From Promethearchaeota archaeon (GTDB taxonomy: Archaea > Asgardarchaeota > Lokiarchaeia > Sigyniarchaeales > SOKP01), in contig RDOA01000041.1 of NCBI GenBank assembly GCA_011364925.1, positions 1 through 34,001 of the forward strand: 34,001 bases of DNA, given 5' to 3'. A program made the translations under genes and the position numbers. Positions 8,952 through 17,422 of this stretch are shown here, one piece after another; positions within the stretch are counted from its first letter, which is position 1; each line of letters starts with the position of its first letter. Below the pieces are notes generated by a model. It worked only from the letters and a program-made list of their open reading frames with translations. It ran no database searches and had not been told where the DNA came from.

Positions 8952-10148
8952 TTGCTCGTGAGCGACGAAGAATTTAAACAAAAAATTTTTAGAAATGTTT
9001 GGAAATTCTATATATACAGTTTTATTTTGGGGATTCATACAGTTAGGGGTGTTTATTTACCGTATATGACTGAATGGGGTGGATTAACCTATCCGGAGAT
9101 AATGTTCTTGCAAGGTTATTTTATGCTTATGATTTTTTTGTTTGAAATCCCTTCAGGAGCTATTGCTGATTATTTGAGTAGAAGAGCAGCTTTATCTTTA
9201 TCCGCTATATTCGTGGTCTTGGCTACTTTTGCTTATAGTGTTTATCCACACATATTATTATTCTTCTTAGCTGAAACATTATGGGCGTTTAGTATTGCTT
9301 TATCGTCTGGAACTGACGAAGCTTTTATGTTTAGTACGTTAAAAACGAATAATGAAGAAAATAAATTACCAAGGGTTTTGGGAAGAGCTCAATTTATATA
9401 TGTGATTGCAAATGTTATATCCGCACCATTAGGTTCTGTAATTGCTGCCACTATTTCGTTACAGTTTACCATGACTTGTTTGGGATTGATATATATTGGA
9501 GCATTTATAACTTCTTTAACATATAAAGAACCTCCCTTTAGACGAGAAGAAAAAACCATATCATATATATCGATATTAAAGGACGGTTTTAAGGAATTAA
9601 AAAATAATAGAATTTTAAGAATCCTCTGTTTTGATAGATTATTCATAAACATTCCTGTATTCCTCTTATTCTGGACTTACCAACCCTATTTAACAGTTGT
9701 TAACATCCCCATACTGTGGTTTGGATTTATCTTATCTGCAATGAATATATTCAACGCAATGTTCAATGTTTTAATTCCAAAATTCTTGAAAAAAGTTAAT
9801 AAAAAAAAAGATTTATTGATTACTGTTAATATTATTACTGGTTTTGCATTTGTTGTATTGGGTTTTGCAGTAATTCCCGTTATTGGCATTTTAATGTTGT
9901 TTCTTATCGTGGGTTTTGGATACACTCGAGGTTTGATTTATATTAATGGAATAAATAGACAGATCGAATCTGAAAATAGAGCCACCGTTCTTAGCACGAT
10001 AAATATGTTTGGAAGCATAGCTAGGGCAATTCTCTATCCAATCATCGGTTTTATTGTAGAATGGAATCTTTTTGTAATGTTTTTAATAATTGGAATTATG
10101 ATCTTGATTCTTACTGCATTAACAAGGGTTAAGAGTGAGTATCTTTAA
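8952..10148 (+). CDS. MFS transporter
   Basis: About 12 hydrophobic segments; FEIPSGAIADYLSRR (motif A variant), SGTDEA, RATVLS. Start uncertain (TTG 8952 or GTG 8958). Confidence 0.9.
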   Translation: MLVSDEEFKQKIFRNVWKFYIYSFILGIHTVRGVYLPYMTEWGGLTYPEIMFLQGYFMLMIFLFEIPSGAIADYLSRRAALSLSAIFVVLATFAYSVYPHILLFFLAETLWAFSIALSSGTDEAFMFSTLKTNNEENKLPRVLGRAQFIYVIANVISAPLGSVIAATISLQFTMTCLGLIYIGAFITSLTYKEPPFRREEKTISYISILKDGFKELKNNRILRILCFDRLFINIPVFLLFWTYQPYLTVVNIPILWFGFILSAMNIFNAMFNVLIPKFLKKVNKKKDLLITVNIITGFAFVVLGFAVIPVIGILMLFLIVGFGYTRGLIYINGINRQIESENRATVLSTINMFGSIARAILYPIIGFIVEWNLFVMFLIIGIMILILTALTRVKSEYL

Positions 10149-10286
10149 TGCTTTTCTTTTTAAAGTAAATTTAACCGATTAAATTTTAAGAACCTAATTA
10201 CTACAAAATAGATAAAACTTTAAAATCTTCAAATATTTACTATCACTGTTCAAGTTTAGATAATCAAGTAAAAAATAATTTGAATT

Positions 10287-10877
10287 ATGAGTGAACTAAA
10301 AGAAACCGAAACAGGAATAGATGAAGTGTTTCCTTTCATTGAAGGAGAAATCATAGATTTAGTCGCTGGAAATTCCAACTGGGCAAAATTACATTGTAAG
10401 TGGAATAATGCTCCGAACGTACGTCATTACGCTCGAAATTTGTGGCCTATTACACTTGAAGAAGTAAAAAAGTGGTTTGATCCTTCAGTAGAAGGGCGCA
10501 CGAGGGACTTCGTTGTATTTACGATCTATCATAAGGCGGAAGAACGCCCAATCGGTACGATCGGTTTTGGTCGAATTAGATGGGTAGATCGTCGTGCGTC
10601 GATTTCTGGAGTTATTGGAGAGGTAGATTTATGGGGTCGAGGAATTATGCTTGAAGCGGCTAAATTATTAGTCGAATATGGTTTTCGTGAATTAAATTTG
10701 CATAAAATTAACGCAGAGTTGTTATCATCCGATAAAAGATCACTTCGGGTCGCAGAAAAATTAGGTTTTAAAAAAGAAGCAGTTTTTAAAGAACAGATGT
10801 ACGTTGATGGACAGTATCAGGATATAGAGAAACTCTCACTTTTTAAGAGGGATTGGCTAAAATTGAATACGTTGTGA
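10287..10877 (+). CDS. RimJ/RimL-family GNAT N-acetyltransferase (paralog 1)
   Basis: PIGTIG, WGRGIMLEA, GFRELNLHKI, EKLGFKKEA. Confidence 0.9.
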   Translation: MSELKETETGIDEVFPFIEGEIIDLVAGNSNWAKLHCKWNNAPNVRHYARNLWPITLEEVKKWFDPSVEGRTRDFVVFTIYHKAEERPIGTIGFGRIRWVDRRASISGVIGEVDLWGRGIMLEAAKLLVEYGFRELNLHKINAELLSSDKRSLRVAEKLGFKKEAVFKEQMYVDGQYQDIEKLSLFKRDWLKLNTL

Positions 10878-10901
10878 GTAAAAAACTTTTTTATAGAGAG
10901 G

Positions 10902-11501
10902 TTGGATATGATAGAAAAAAACAAAGAAAACGACAATAAGTTTGAGGTTTTTCCCTTTATCAAGGGAGATACCATTGACTTGGTTGTTAACAATTCTAAG
11001 TGGTTAGATTTAAGAACCAAATGGGAGAATGATCCAGAAGTAAGACGATATGCTCGCAACACCTGGCCGCGTACAGTTGAGGAATTAAAAAAATGGACCG
11101 AACCTGCGCCGAGAGGACAAATTAAGGAATTTATAAATCTAGTTATATATCATAAGCAAGATAAGAGGCCAATCGGCACTATTGGATTTGGTCATATAGA
11201 TTGGGTAAATCGTAATGCGAATATTGCTGCTATGATAGGAGAACCCGAGTATTGGGGAAAGGGGATAATAGGGGAAGCTTCTAAATTAGTAATTGACTAT
11301 GGTTTTAACGAATTGAATTTTCATAAAATATATGCTGGGATCTATAAACCGAATGAAAGGTCTCTTCGAGCAGCCGAAAAGCTAGGTTTTCAAAAAGAAG
11401 GCGTCCTTAAAGAAGAACAATATGTTGACGGGCAATATCACGATATGCATAAGTTCGCTCTCTTCAAAAGAGATTGGATTAAATTAAACGAGAACGAGTA
11501 A
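10902..11501 (+). CDS. RimJ/RimL-family GNAT N-acetyltransferase (paralog 2)
   Basis: IGEPEYWGKGI, NERSLRAAEKLGFQKEG. ATG at 10908 may be the true start. Confidence 0.9.
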   Translation: MDMIEKNKENDNKFEVFPFIKGDTIDLVVNNSKWLDLRTKWENDPEVRRYARNTWPRTVEELKKWTEPAPRGQIKEFINLVIYHKQDKRPIGTIGFGHIDWVNRNANIAAMIGEPEYWGKGIIGEASKLVIDYGFNELNFHKIYAGIYKPNERSLRAAEKLGFQKEGVLKEEQYVDGQYHDMHKFALFKRDWIKLNENE

Positions 11502-11519
11502 CACAGTTTTGATATCAAT

Positions 11520-12116
11520 ATGAGCGATCAAAGAATCTCGGTATTTATTACAGGAAACTTAGTGGACTTAATCCCTTTAAATAGTGAACACATTAATTTA
11601 TATGCGAAATGGGAAAATGATCCTTATGTACGTTTATACTCACGTAACATAATTCCGAAAACACCTGAAGATATGACAAGATTTTTAGAACCTTCTGAAA
11701 AAGGAACTATGAAGGAAGAGATAAGCTTTGAAGTATGGCATCAAAAAGATAACAAACCTATAGGATACGGAGAAGTTGCTGATATCGATTGGTATAGTCA
11801 AATAGGATGGTTGGGTTTAGTTATAGGAGAACCCGAATATTGGGGGCAGAAAATAGGAGAGGAAGTAATAGCTTTAATGATAGAGTACGCTTTTAGCGAA
11901 TTAAATTTTTTTAAACTGCACGCTGGAGTAATTTCCGCTAACATTGGATCTTGGAAATGTATCGAAAAGAATGGTTTTATCCGTGAAGCCATCCTAAGAA
12001 ATGAAACTTATGTTCATGGAAAATATTACGATTATTTTATTTATTCGCTCTTTAAAGATAATTGGGTAGAAAATAAAAAACAAATAACTCAAAAAAGAAA
12101 AAATAATAAATTTTAA
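11520..12116 (+). CDS. RimJ/RimL-family GNAT N-acetyltransferase (paralog 3)
   Basis: IGEPEYWGQKIG, NIGSWKCIEKNGFIRE. Confidence 0.88.
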   Translation: MSDQRISVFITGNLVDLIPLNSEHINLYAKWENDPYVRLYSRNIIPKTPEDMTRFLEPSEKGTMKEEISFEVWHQKDNKPIGYGEVADIDWYSQIGWLGLVIGEPEYWGQKIGEEVIALMIEYAFSELNFFKLHAGVISANIGSWKCIEKNGFIREAILRNETYVHGKYYDYFIYSLFKDNWVENKKQITQKRKNNKF

Positions 12117-12123
12117 TTCTACT

Positions 12124-12375
12124 TTATCCTCCCGCGAGTGGAGGGAAAATCGCTACAATATCACCGTTTTTTATAACAGTTTCTTTTGTTTGGTGTGGAA
12201 GACCGTTAATGAGAATAATTAATTTTGTTTTTTCTGAAATCTCATACATTTCTAAAATAGTATTTACAGTACTACCTCGATGTAAGGTTATACTTTCCTT
12301 AGCTGGAGCAAAATTTCGTAATGTAGCAAAAAATTTCACTGTTACACTGATCTCTTCTCCTTTATTCGTCTTCAT
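12124..12375 (-). CDS. MoaD/ThiS-family ubiquitin-like sulfur carrier
   Basis: VKFFATLR at the N-terminus and NGDIVAIFPPLAGG C-terminal diglycine; downstream of AOR. Confidence 0.92.
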   Translation of the reverse strand: MKTNKGEEISVTVKFFATLRNFAPAKESITLHRGSTVNTILEMYEISEKTKLIILINGLPHQTKETVIKNGDIVAIFPPLAGG

Positions 12376-12649
12376 GTCTTGTGAAATACCATTTGTATAA
12401 TAGTTTCATATTACTCGGGAATAAACCAACGCGATCGCCATCTCTAACTTTTTTAGAAAATCCCGAATAGGTTCCATTGACGAATAGATGGCCCGTGTCT
12501 TCATTTTCAATTCCATATTTCTCTAATATATCTGAAATAGTATTTATTCCATCACTCTCAATATGCAAATTTAGGGGTAATGAGTTAGTAGCTTCAAAAC
12601 CCTTAATTTTTTTCCGTAAGTCTCCAAAAATTTTCACTAAGATGGCCAT
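12362..12649 (-). CDS. MoaD-like beta-grasp protein lacking the C-terminal GG
   Basis: VKIFGDLR, LFVNG and DGDRVGLFP, followed by SNMKLLYKWYFTRHEDE instead of PxxGG. Confidence 0.8.
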   Translation of the reverse strand: MAILVKIFGDLRKKIKGFEATNSLPLNLHIESDGINTISDILEKYGIENEDTGHLFVNGTYSGFSKKVRDGDRVGLFPSNMKLLYKWYFTRHEDE

Positions 12650-12657
12650 TTTTTAAA

Positions 12658-14391
12658 TTATCCGCCCCAAACCTTGTCTAATTCCTCGTCCGTAACACCA
12701 AAAACATCATTACCAGGGGGTAAAGGCTCTTTTAAAAAGAACTCGGGTAATCTATCGTGTTTGTTAGTAAAACCTGCTGCTTTATTAAACTCTCTTTCAG
12801 TATCGATGATTGATTGTCCGTAACCGGGAACGTCATTAACAGTAAGGTTTGTGCCCAATACGCCATTTAATGTATCAACGACGCCTTCTAACCCTTCGGC
12901 AATATCTAAAATTGCAAAGGCAATGAAGAGACAATATCCTGTCGAATCCACTGCAGCAGTAGCAACTTGCAAGTTTCGCGATAACTCAGCTTTCTTAGTG
13001 TCTTTAGGATCTGCTGTACCGCCCACTCCTAGAATTTCGGTCGCAATTGCGTATCCAGCTGTGTGATCTGCACCCTGAGTTGTTGTTGCGTAAGTTACAC
13101 CTATTCCTTTTATTGCCCGTGGATCATACGCTGGCAGACTCTGCCCTTTAACAACTGGAACTCTGGTTACTCCATAAGCTTGTCCAACAAATGCGGCACC
13201 GTTAGCTAAAATTCTCCCTGTAGGTGTTTTATTCTTAATTTCGTCCATTAATTTTAAAGCATCTTTACCGTCCCCAAAATCAATTAATCCACCTTCCATT
13301 GCTACTCCAAGCAAGCCACCTGCTTCAATTGTATCCAGACCTAAATCGTTACACGCTCTATTTAGTTCTCCAATGGTATCTAAATCGTAAATCCCGCAGT
13401 TAGGACCTAGTGCCCAAACGCTTTCGTACTCTAAAACACCAACTGGCTCTTTTCCTCCAGGTTTTGTCCACACTTCCGAACATTGAATAATACATCCTGG
13501 GCTACAAAAGTGAGGACGAGCGCCTCCTCGTTTTTTGATTTCATCAGCTTTCACTTCTCCAGATACTTTTTCAGATTGATCATCTTGACCTGCCGAAAAG
13601 TTCCGTTGTGGTAAACCTCCAGCTTCGTTGATAATATTAACAAGCACACTTGTACCATATGAGTTTAAAGCCCCACCTGGTTTAGTTACATCGTGAGTTG
13701 TTAGGGCATCTCTTAACTTTTTAACACCCATATCAAAAGCTTCTTGATTTTTTATTTCCACTCCTGGAGCTCCTGTTTCGTCAACAATTATGAATTTTAA
13801 TCCTTTTGAAGCCATAACAGCTCCAAGTCCACCTCGACCTGCGTATCGACTAGGTAAGCCTTCAGGATCGTTAAAACATACGCCTGAGGCAGCTCCCATT
13901 AATTCACCCGCAATACCCGTGGCACAAATACCTACTTTATCTCCAAATTCTTTGAATAAATCTTTGTAGACTCCATATAGCCCCTTTCCAAACCATTTTT
14001 GAGCGTCCATGAATTCAACGCCATCCATTGTGACTTTAAGTAGGTGATAATGATCCTTCTGTTGCCCTTCAACTACAATTGCTGCTATCCTCATTCTTGC
14101 TAATTTTTGAGAGAAACTGGTCCCAGCATTTGCCTCCTTTATACCTCCTGTTAATGGAGATTTTGCTCCAACTGAAATTCGTCCGGAAGTTGGAGCTTTT
14201 GTTCCTGTTACCAAACCAGGAGCAAATACAAGCTTATTATTTGGACCTAATGGATGGCAAAGTGGATCAACTTCCTTCGCAACGATAGTCGATGTAAGAG
14301 CGCGTCCACCTAAAGCTACGAAATCCGCTGGTAAATCTTCAAATTTCGCTTCAAGTTTTGTCATATCTACTCTTAAAATTCTTTTTGACAT
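12658..14391 (-). CDS. aor: Tungsten-dependent aldehyde:ferredoxin oxidoreductase family protein
   Basis: RILRVDM, AKSPLTGGIKEANAG, AGRGGLGAVMASKGLK, CSPGCIIQC, EYES, GLDTIE, PAYDPR, GADHT, GYCLF, DRLPEFF. SD GAGGTGA upstream. Confidence 0.93.
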   Translation of the reverse strand: MSKRILRVDMTKLEAKFEDLPADFVALGGRALTSTIVAKEVDPLCHPLGPNNKLVFAPGLVTGTKAPTSGRISVGAKSPLTGGIKEANAGTSFSQKLARMRIAAIVVEGQQKDHYHLLKVTMDGVEFMDAQKWFGKGLYGVYKDLFKEFGDKVGICATGIAGELMGAASGVCFNDPEGLPSRYAGRGGLGAVMASKGLKFIIVDETGAPGVEIKNQEAFDMGVKKLRDALTTHDVTKPGGALNSYGTSVLVNIINEAGGLPQRNFSAGQDDQSEKVSGEVKADEIKKRGGARPHFCSPGCIIQCSEVWTKPGGKEPVGVLEYESVWALGPNCGIYDLDTIGELNRACNDLGLDTIEAGGLLGVAMEGGLIDFGDGKDALKLMDEIKNKTPTGRILANGAAFVGQAYGVTRVPVVKGQSLPAYDPRAIKGIGVTYATTTQGADHTAGYAIATEILGVGGTADPKDTKKAELSRNLQVATAAVDSTGYCLFIAFAILDIAEGLEGVVDTLNGVLGTNLTVNDVPGYGQSIIDTEREFNKAAGFTNKHDRLPEFFLKEPLPPGNDVFGVTDEELDKVWGG

Positions 14392-14434
14392 AATTTCACC
14401 TCTTTTTTAGGCATTTAATGTTGTGTTAGAATGG

Positions 14435-14470
14435 TATTTAAATTTACGTTATGCATGGTATGTAATAACG
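14435..14470 (-). promoter_or_regulatory. AOR promoter TATA (TTTAAATA) with an adjacent 24-bp palindromic operator
   Basis: Minus-strand TTTAAATA at 14442-14435; CGTTAT-N12-ATAACG at 14447-14470. Confidence 0.5.
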
Positions 14471-14498
14471 CGTTCCCTTTCGTTTAGACAAAAGAAAG

Positions 14499-14620
14499 CA
14501 GGCCCGGGGAGATGTGTTCATAAACGAGAAGTACGTTTCATATTGAACTCCCGACCTTCTGCTGTCTCCAATCTAAGGAAGTAGGAGGCAGCTGCGATAT
14601 CCATGCTTCGCTACGGGCCT
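14499..14620 (-). tRNA. tRNA-Arg(CCU) with two introns (37/38, 18 nt; 58/59, 29 nt)
   Basis: Minus strand reads AGGCCCG TA GCGA AGCATGGATA TCGC A GCTGC CT CCT A [CTTCCTTAGATTGGAGAC] A GCAGA AGGTC GGGAG TTCAA [TATGAAACGTACTTCTCGTTTATGAACAC] AT CTCCC CGGGCCT G. Removing both inserts gives a 75-nt cloverleaf with a TTCAAAT T-loop and a G27-A43 mismatch. CCA is not encoded. Confidence 0.92.
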
Positions 14621-14828
14621 TTATATATTAAAAATTCTAGTAATTAATACCATAAATGTTTTTTGATTCTCAATAGCACATCATTTAAAAAGCCATTAAA
14701 AGCTTGGTTGTTTAATGTGTTCTTTTTAAACTTCTAAGAATAAATAAACAAAAGGTTTTAATTATCAATTTCAATGTAAATTATTATAATAGATTTTTTT
14801 GAACTATTTTGTTTTAGTGTTAATCAAT

Positions 14829-15101
14829 ATGGAAAGGAGAAATTATCAACAGGGTAGACCTAACAGACCTATAGACTATCTAAAGAACTCTGTTAATAAG
14901 GTCATTTTAATAAAAGTTAAGCGAAATCGTTTGTTTAGAGGAATGCTTATGGGTTTTGATGAACATCTTAATCTCTATCTTGAAGGAACAAGTCAACTTT
15001 TCGAATATATGGACGAAGATGGAGCGATTAAGGAAGAACACGAAACTCTAGGAAATATCGTCGTCAGGGGCGATAATGTGATATTTGTTAATCTAGCCTA
15101 G
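14829..15101 (+). CDS. Sm-like (Lsm/SmAP) protein
   Basis: RPIDYL, Sm1 FRGMLMGFDEHLNLYL and Sm2 LGNIVVRGDNVIFV. ATG 14829 is preferred over TTG 14799. Confidence 0.93.
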   Translation: MERRNYQQGRPNRPIDYLKNSVNKVILIKVKRNRLFRGMLMGFDEHLNLYLEGTSQLFEYMDEDGAIKEEHETLGNIVVRGDNVIFVNLA

Positions 15102-15243
15102 GTTCGGGATCCCTTCCTCTGCTAGATTACCGAACGGGCGGAAAAGATTGCAAATCTCGAATTGGTAGATACCCTGAAATTATTAATGATATTTAACGAA
15201 AAAGTTATGCGCAAATTTTAAATGCAGTCCCAATTATCATTAA
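15089..15243 (+). ncRNA. Putative structured RNA element 3' of the Sm gene
   Basis: Several complementary segments: TAATCTAGC/GCTAGATTA, GTTCGG/CCGAAC, TTCGGGATC/GATACCCTGAA, AGAT-TGCAA-ATCT, TTAATGATA/TATCATTAA. Locally GC-richer than other intergenic DNA. Strand is assumed from the Sm gene. Confidence 0.35.
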
Positions 15244-15320
15244 GATCAAATAAAAACTTATTAGGTCTTGAGTCTTCTTCAAATAGTAGGTAATGAAATT
15301 ATATTGAAGCAATTTGACAC

Positions 15321-17402
15321 TTGATTGAATCTGAGTCCATTCGACCTAAGAACGCCTTATTGATTAGCCCAAATTTGGGGCATCCCTTATTCTTAACCAT
15401 AGATAATGAGAATGACCCTCGTGAATTTGAAACAAAATTATTGTTTGTTAGCAATCTCGATTCCACAACAAGTTTTGAAGAATATATAAAAAAATTTATC
15501 AAATTAACTCCTATTCTTGAATACAAATGGAAACTATTAGAGCATTTTAAGAGAATAAGAAAAAAAAGTATTTGGAGTAGATTCAAAGCAATTTTTACAC
15601 GCCGAAAAAAAAAAATCCCAATTTCAGGTGAACTTATAGATTCTAAAGGGAAGAAATTTAAGATTGTTCCACCTGAAAAAATTAACAGATTAAAACCCAG
15701 AGCCTTTCGGGGGGATATAATTACACCTTTTGTGATGAATGTTGAAGTTGCAAACTTTTTTGAGATAGATGATCTAAGGTATGATAACTACTGTAATCCT
15801 CAAAACTATCTAATCAAGCACGAAATTTACGACAGTTTAAATAAATATTACACAGTAAGTATAAACTTTAAAATCTCTAATGAAATAATTGATTTCCTTA
15901 ATGAATTTAACTTTATTATGTTTGATGTTGAACTTGAACTCCCTAATAGAGATGTTTGGATCAACTATCATTCGCTTGTTCTTTCAAAAAGTGAATGGAA
16001 GAATTTCAAGTTTTTTCACGCAACTGATCTCCACTTAGCTGAACGCAATGATAGAATTTATGAGATTGTAAAAAAGTGGAAATCCTTAGTTAGAAGATCA
16101 GATGCGAGCGAAATTATTGCTCAAAGTGCGAAGGCGATATCATTTTTTCAGCGTTTATTGATGAGAAAACCTGAGGAAAAAGCTAAAACGATAAAACCCC
16201 TTCATAAGAGATACATCAATCCAAATAATAATTTTCGTAATTTTATTAAGCTAGCTAATAAGCAAATAATACAAAATGATTTAGATTTTATTATACTCAC
16301 GGGAGATCTTATAGATTTTTGCATCCTTTCTAATATAGATAAAGAAAAAAGAAAAAACGTAAATTTTGATTATGAATACAGTAATTGGCGGATTTTTAAA
16401 GAAATAGTTTTAAACTTACCTCAAAAGAGAAGAAGAGGGATGGTTTCTGGTGAAGAATTATTATGCCCCATATTTACAATTCCGGGAAACCACGATTTTC
16501 GACCATATCATTACGACCTTCGTTGGGGTAATTTATATAAGAAAATAGGATTAACAGGAGAAGAAGCAATCGCTTTAAACGATGAATTATTGGCAAATCC
16601 GATAAGCTCAATCACTAAAAGCTTTTTATCGTTAAAGGCTTATTTAAGAGAAATTAATGCATCTTTGGATTATTCACTGAGATTGGGGGAAATTAATTTT
16701 GTATTCTTAAATTCAGGTTCAGATTCTTTTAAAAAGATTATAGATTTTGTGAGTGGGCACCCTTCTGTTACTGGAGTTACGAACAAACAAATAAGATATT
16801 TGGAAAATATAGTTAATGCCGTAATAAAACCAGGAAATAATACTTTTCTTTCAATTCACGGTCCTCCGATCAATCCTAAAAAGAATATTAGTTCTTTTAA
16901 GCGATTTTCAGTATCAAGAGCGCCTCAAGAAATGTTTACATCAATAGAGCAGTATAAAGAATCTAATCTGGCGAAAGCGGGGATAACAGGCCCCTCAGCT
17001 CGAATCGATGATAAATTTGATGTTAGATACGGGAGTATTTCTTCAAACTGGGCGAAACTTCTTAAGTTTTGTCTTGATTTTTGTGTCCTTACACTTTCAG
17101 GACACACTCATCAATTAAAAGAGTTTCGATTAACTGCTCTACAGAATTCTTCGATAAATACTTCTAACAAACGACCTTATGTTTTAGAAAAGTTAGAAAC
17201 CCCCTCGGGGATTTTTTACGATATTTATTCTGAACAATATCAGACACAAACAGAGGTAGAACATAATGCTCCCTATGTCGTTCAAACTCCCGCGTTAGGT
17301 TTAGGAAGCTATTTTAAGCCAACTTTAGCGGGAGCTTTTCGAGAAATTATTATTAAAGAAAATAAGTTAAGTTCCTTTAAAATCAGGTATATTACCCGTT
17401 GA
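15321..17402 (+). CDS. Large calcineurin-like metallophosphoesterase with N-terminal extension
   Basis: HATDLH, LTGDLID, PGNHD, IHGPP and LSGHTH in canonical order. TTG start (in-frame stop at 15315). Confidence 0.85.
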   Translation: MIESESIRPKNALLISPNLGHPLFLTIDNENDPREFETKLLFVSNLDSTTSFEEYIKKFIKLTPILEYKWKLLEHFKRIRKKSIWSRFKAIFTRRKKKIPISGELIDSKGKKFKIVPPEKINRLKPRAFRGDIITPFVMNVEVANFFEIDDLRYDNYCNPQNYLIKHEIYDSLNKYYTVSINFKISNEIIDFLNEFNFIMFDVELELPNRDVWINYHSLVLSKSEWKNFKFFHATDLHLAERNDRIYEIVKKWKSLVRRSDASEIIAQSAKAISFFQRLLMRKPEEKAKTIKPLHKRYINPNNNFRNFIKLANKQIIQNDLDFIILTGDLIDFCILSNIDKEKRKNVNFDYEYSNWRIFKEIVLNLPQKRRRGMVSGEELLCPIFTIPGNHDFRPYHYDLRWGNLYKKIGLTGEEAIALNDELLANPISSITKSFLSLKAYLREINASLDYSLRLGEINFVFLNSGSDSFKKIIDFVSGHPSVTGVTNKQIRYLENIVNAVIKPGNNTFLSIHGPPINPKKNISSFKRFSVSRAPQEMFTSIEQYKESNLAKAGITGPSARIDDKFDVRYGSISSNWAKLLKFCLDFCVLTLSGHTHQLKEFRLTALQNSSINTSNKRPYVLEKLETPSGIFYDIYSEQYQTQTEVEHNAPYVVQTPALGLGSYFKPTLAGAFREIIIKENKLSSFKIRYITR

Positions 17403-17422
17403 ATTAAAAGAAAAAGAGTAAA

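Noticed and set aside
15101-15180. Hammerhead or HDV ribozyme, 5S rRNA, or rpl37e after Sm
   Set aside because: No CUGANGA core, HDV P3/L3 geometry does not fit, only a CCGAAC hexamer resembles 5S, and there is no L37e zinc-finger ORF.
15181-15243. SECIS or C/D-box identity for the post-Sm structure
   Set aside because: ATGA is present but there is no correctly placed GA partner and no UGA-containing gene. CTGA occurs without a proper RTGATGA C box.
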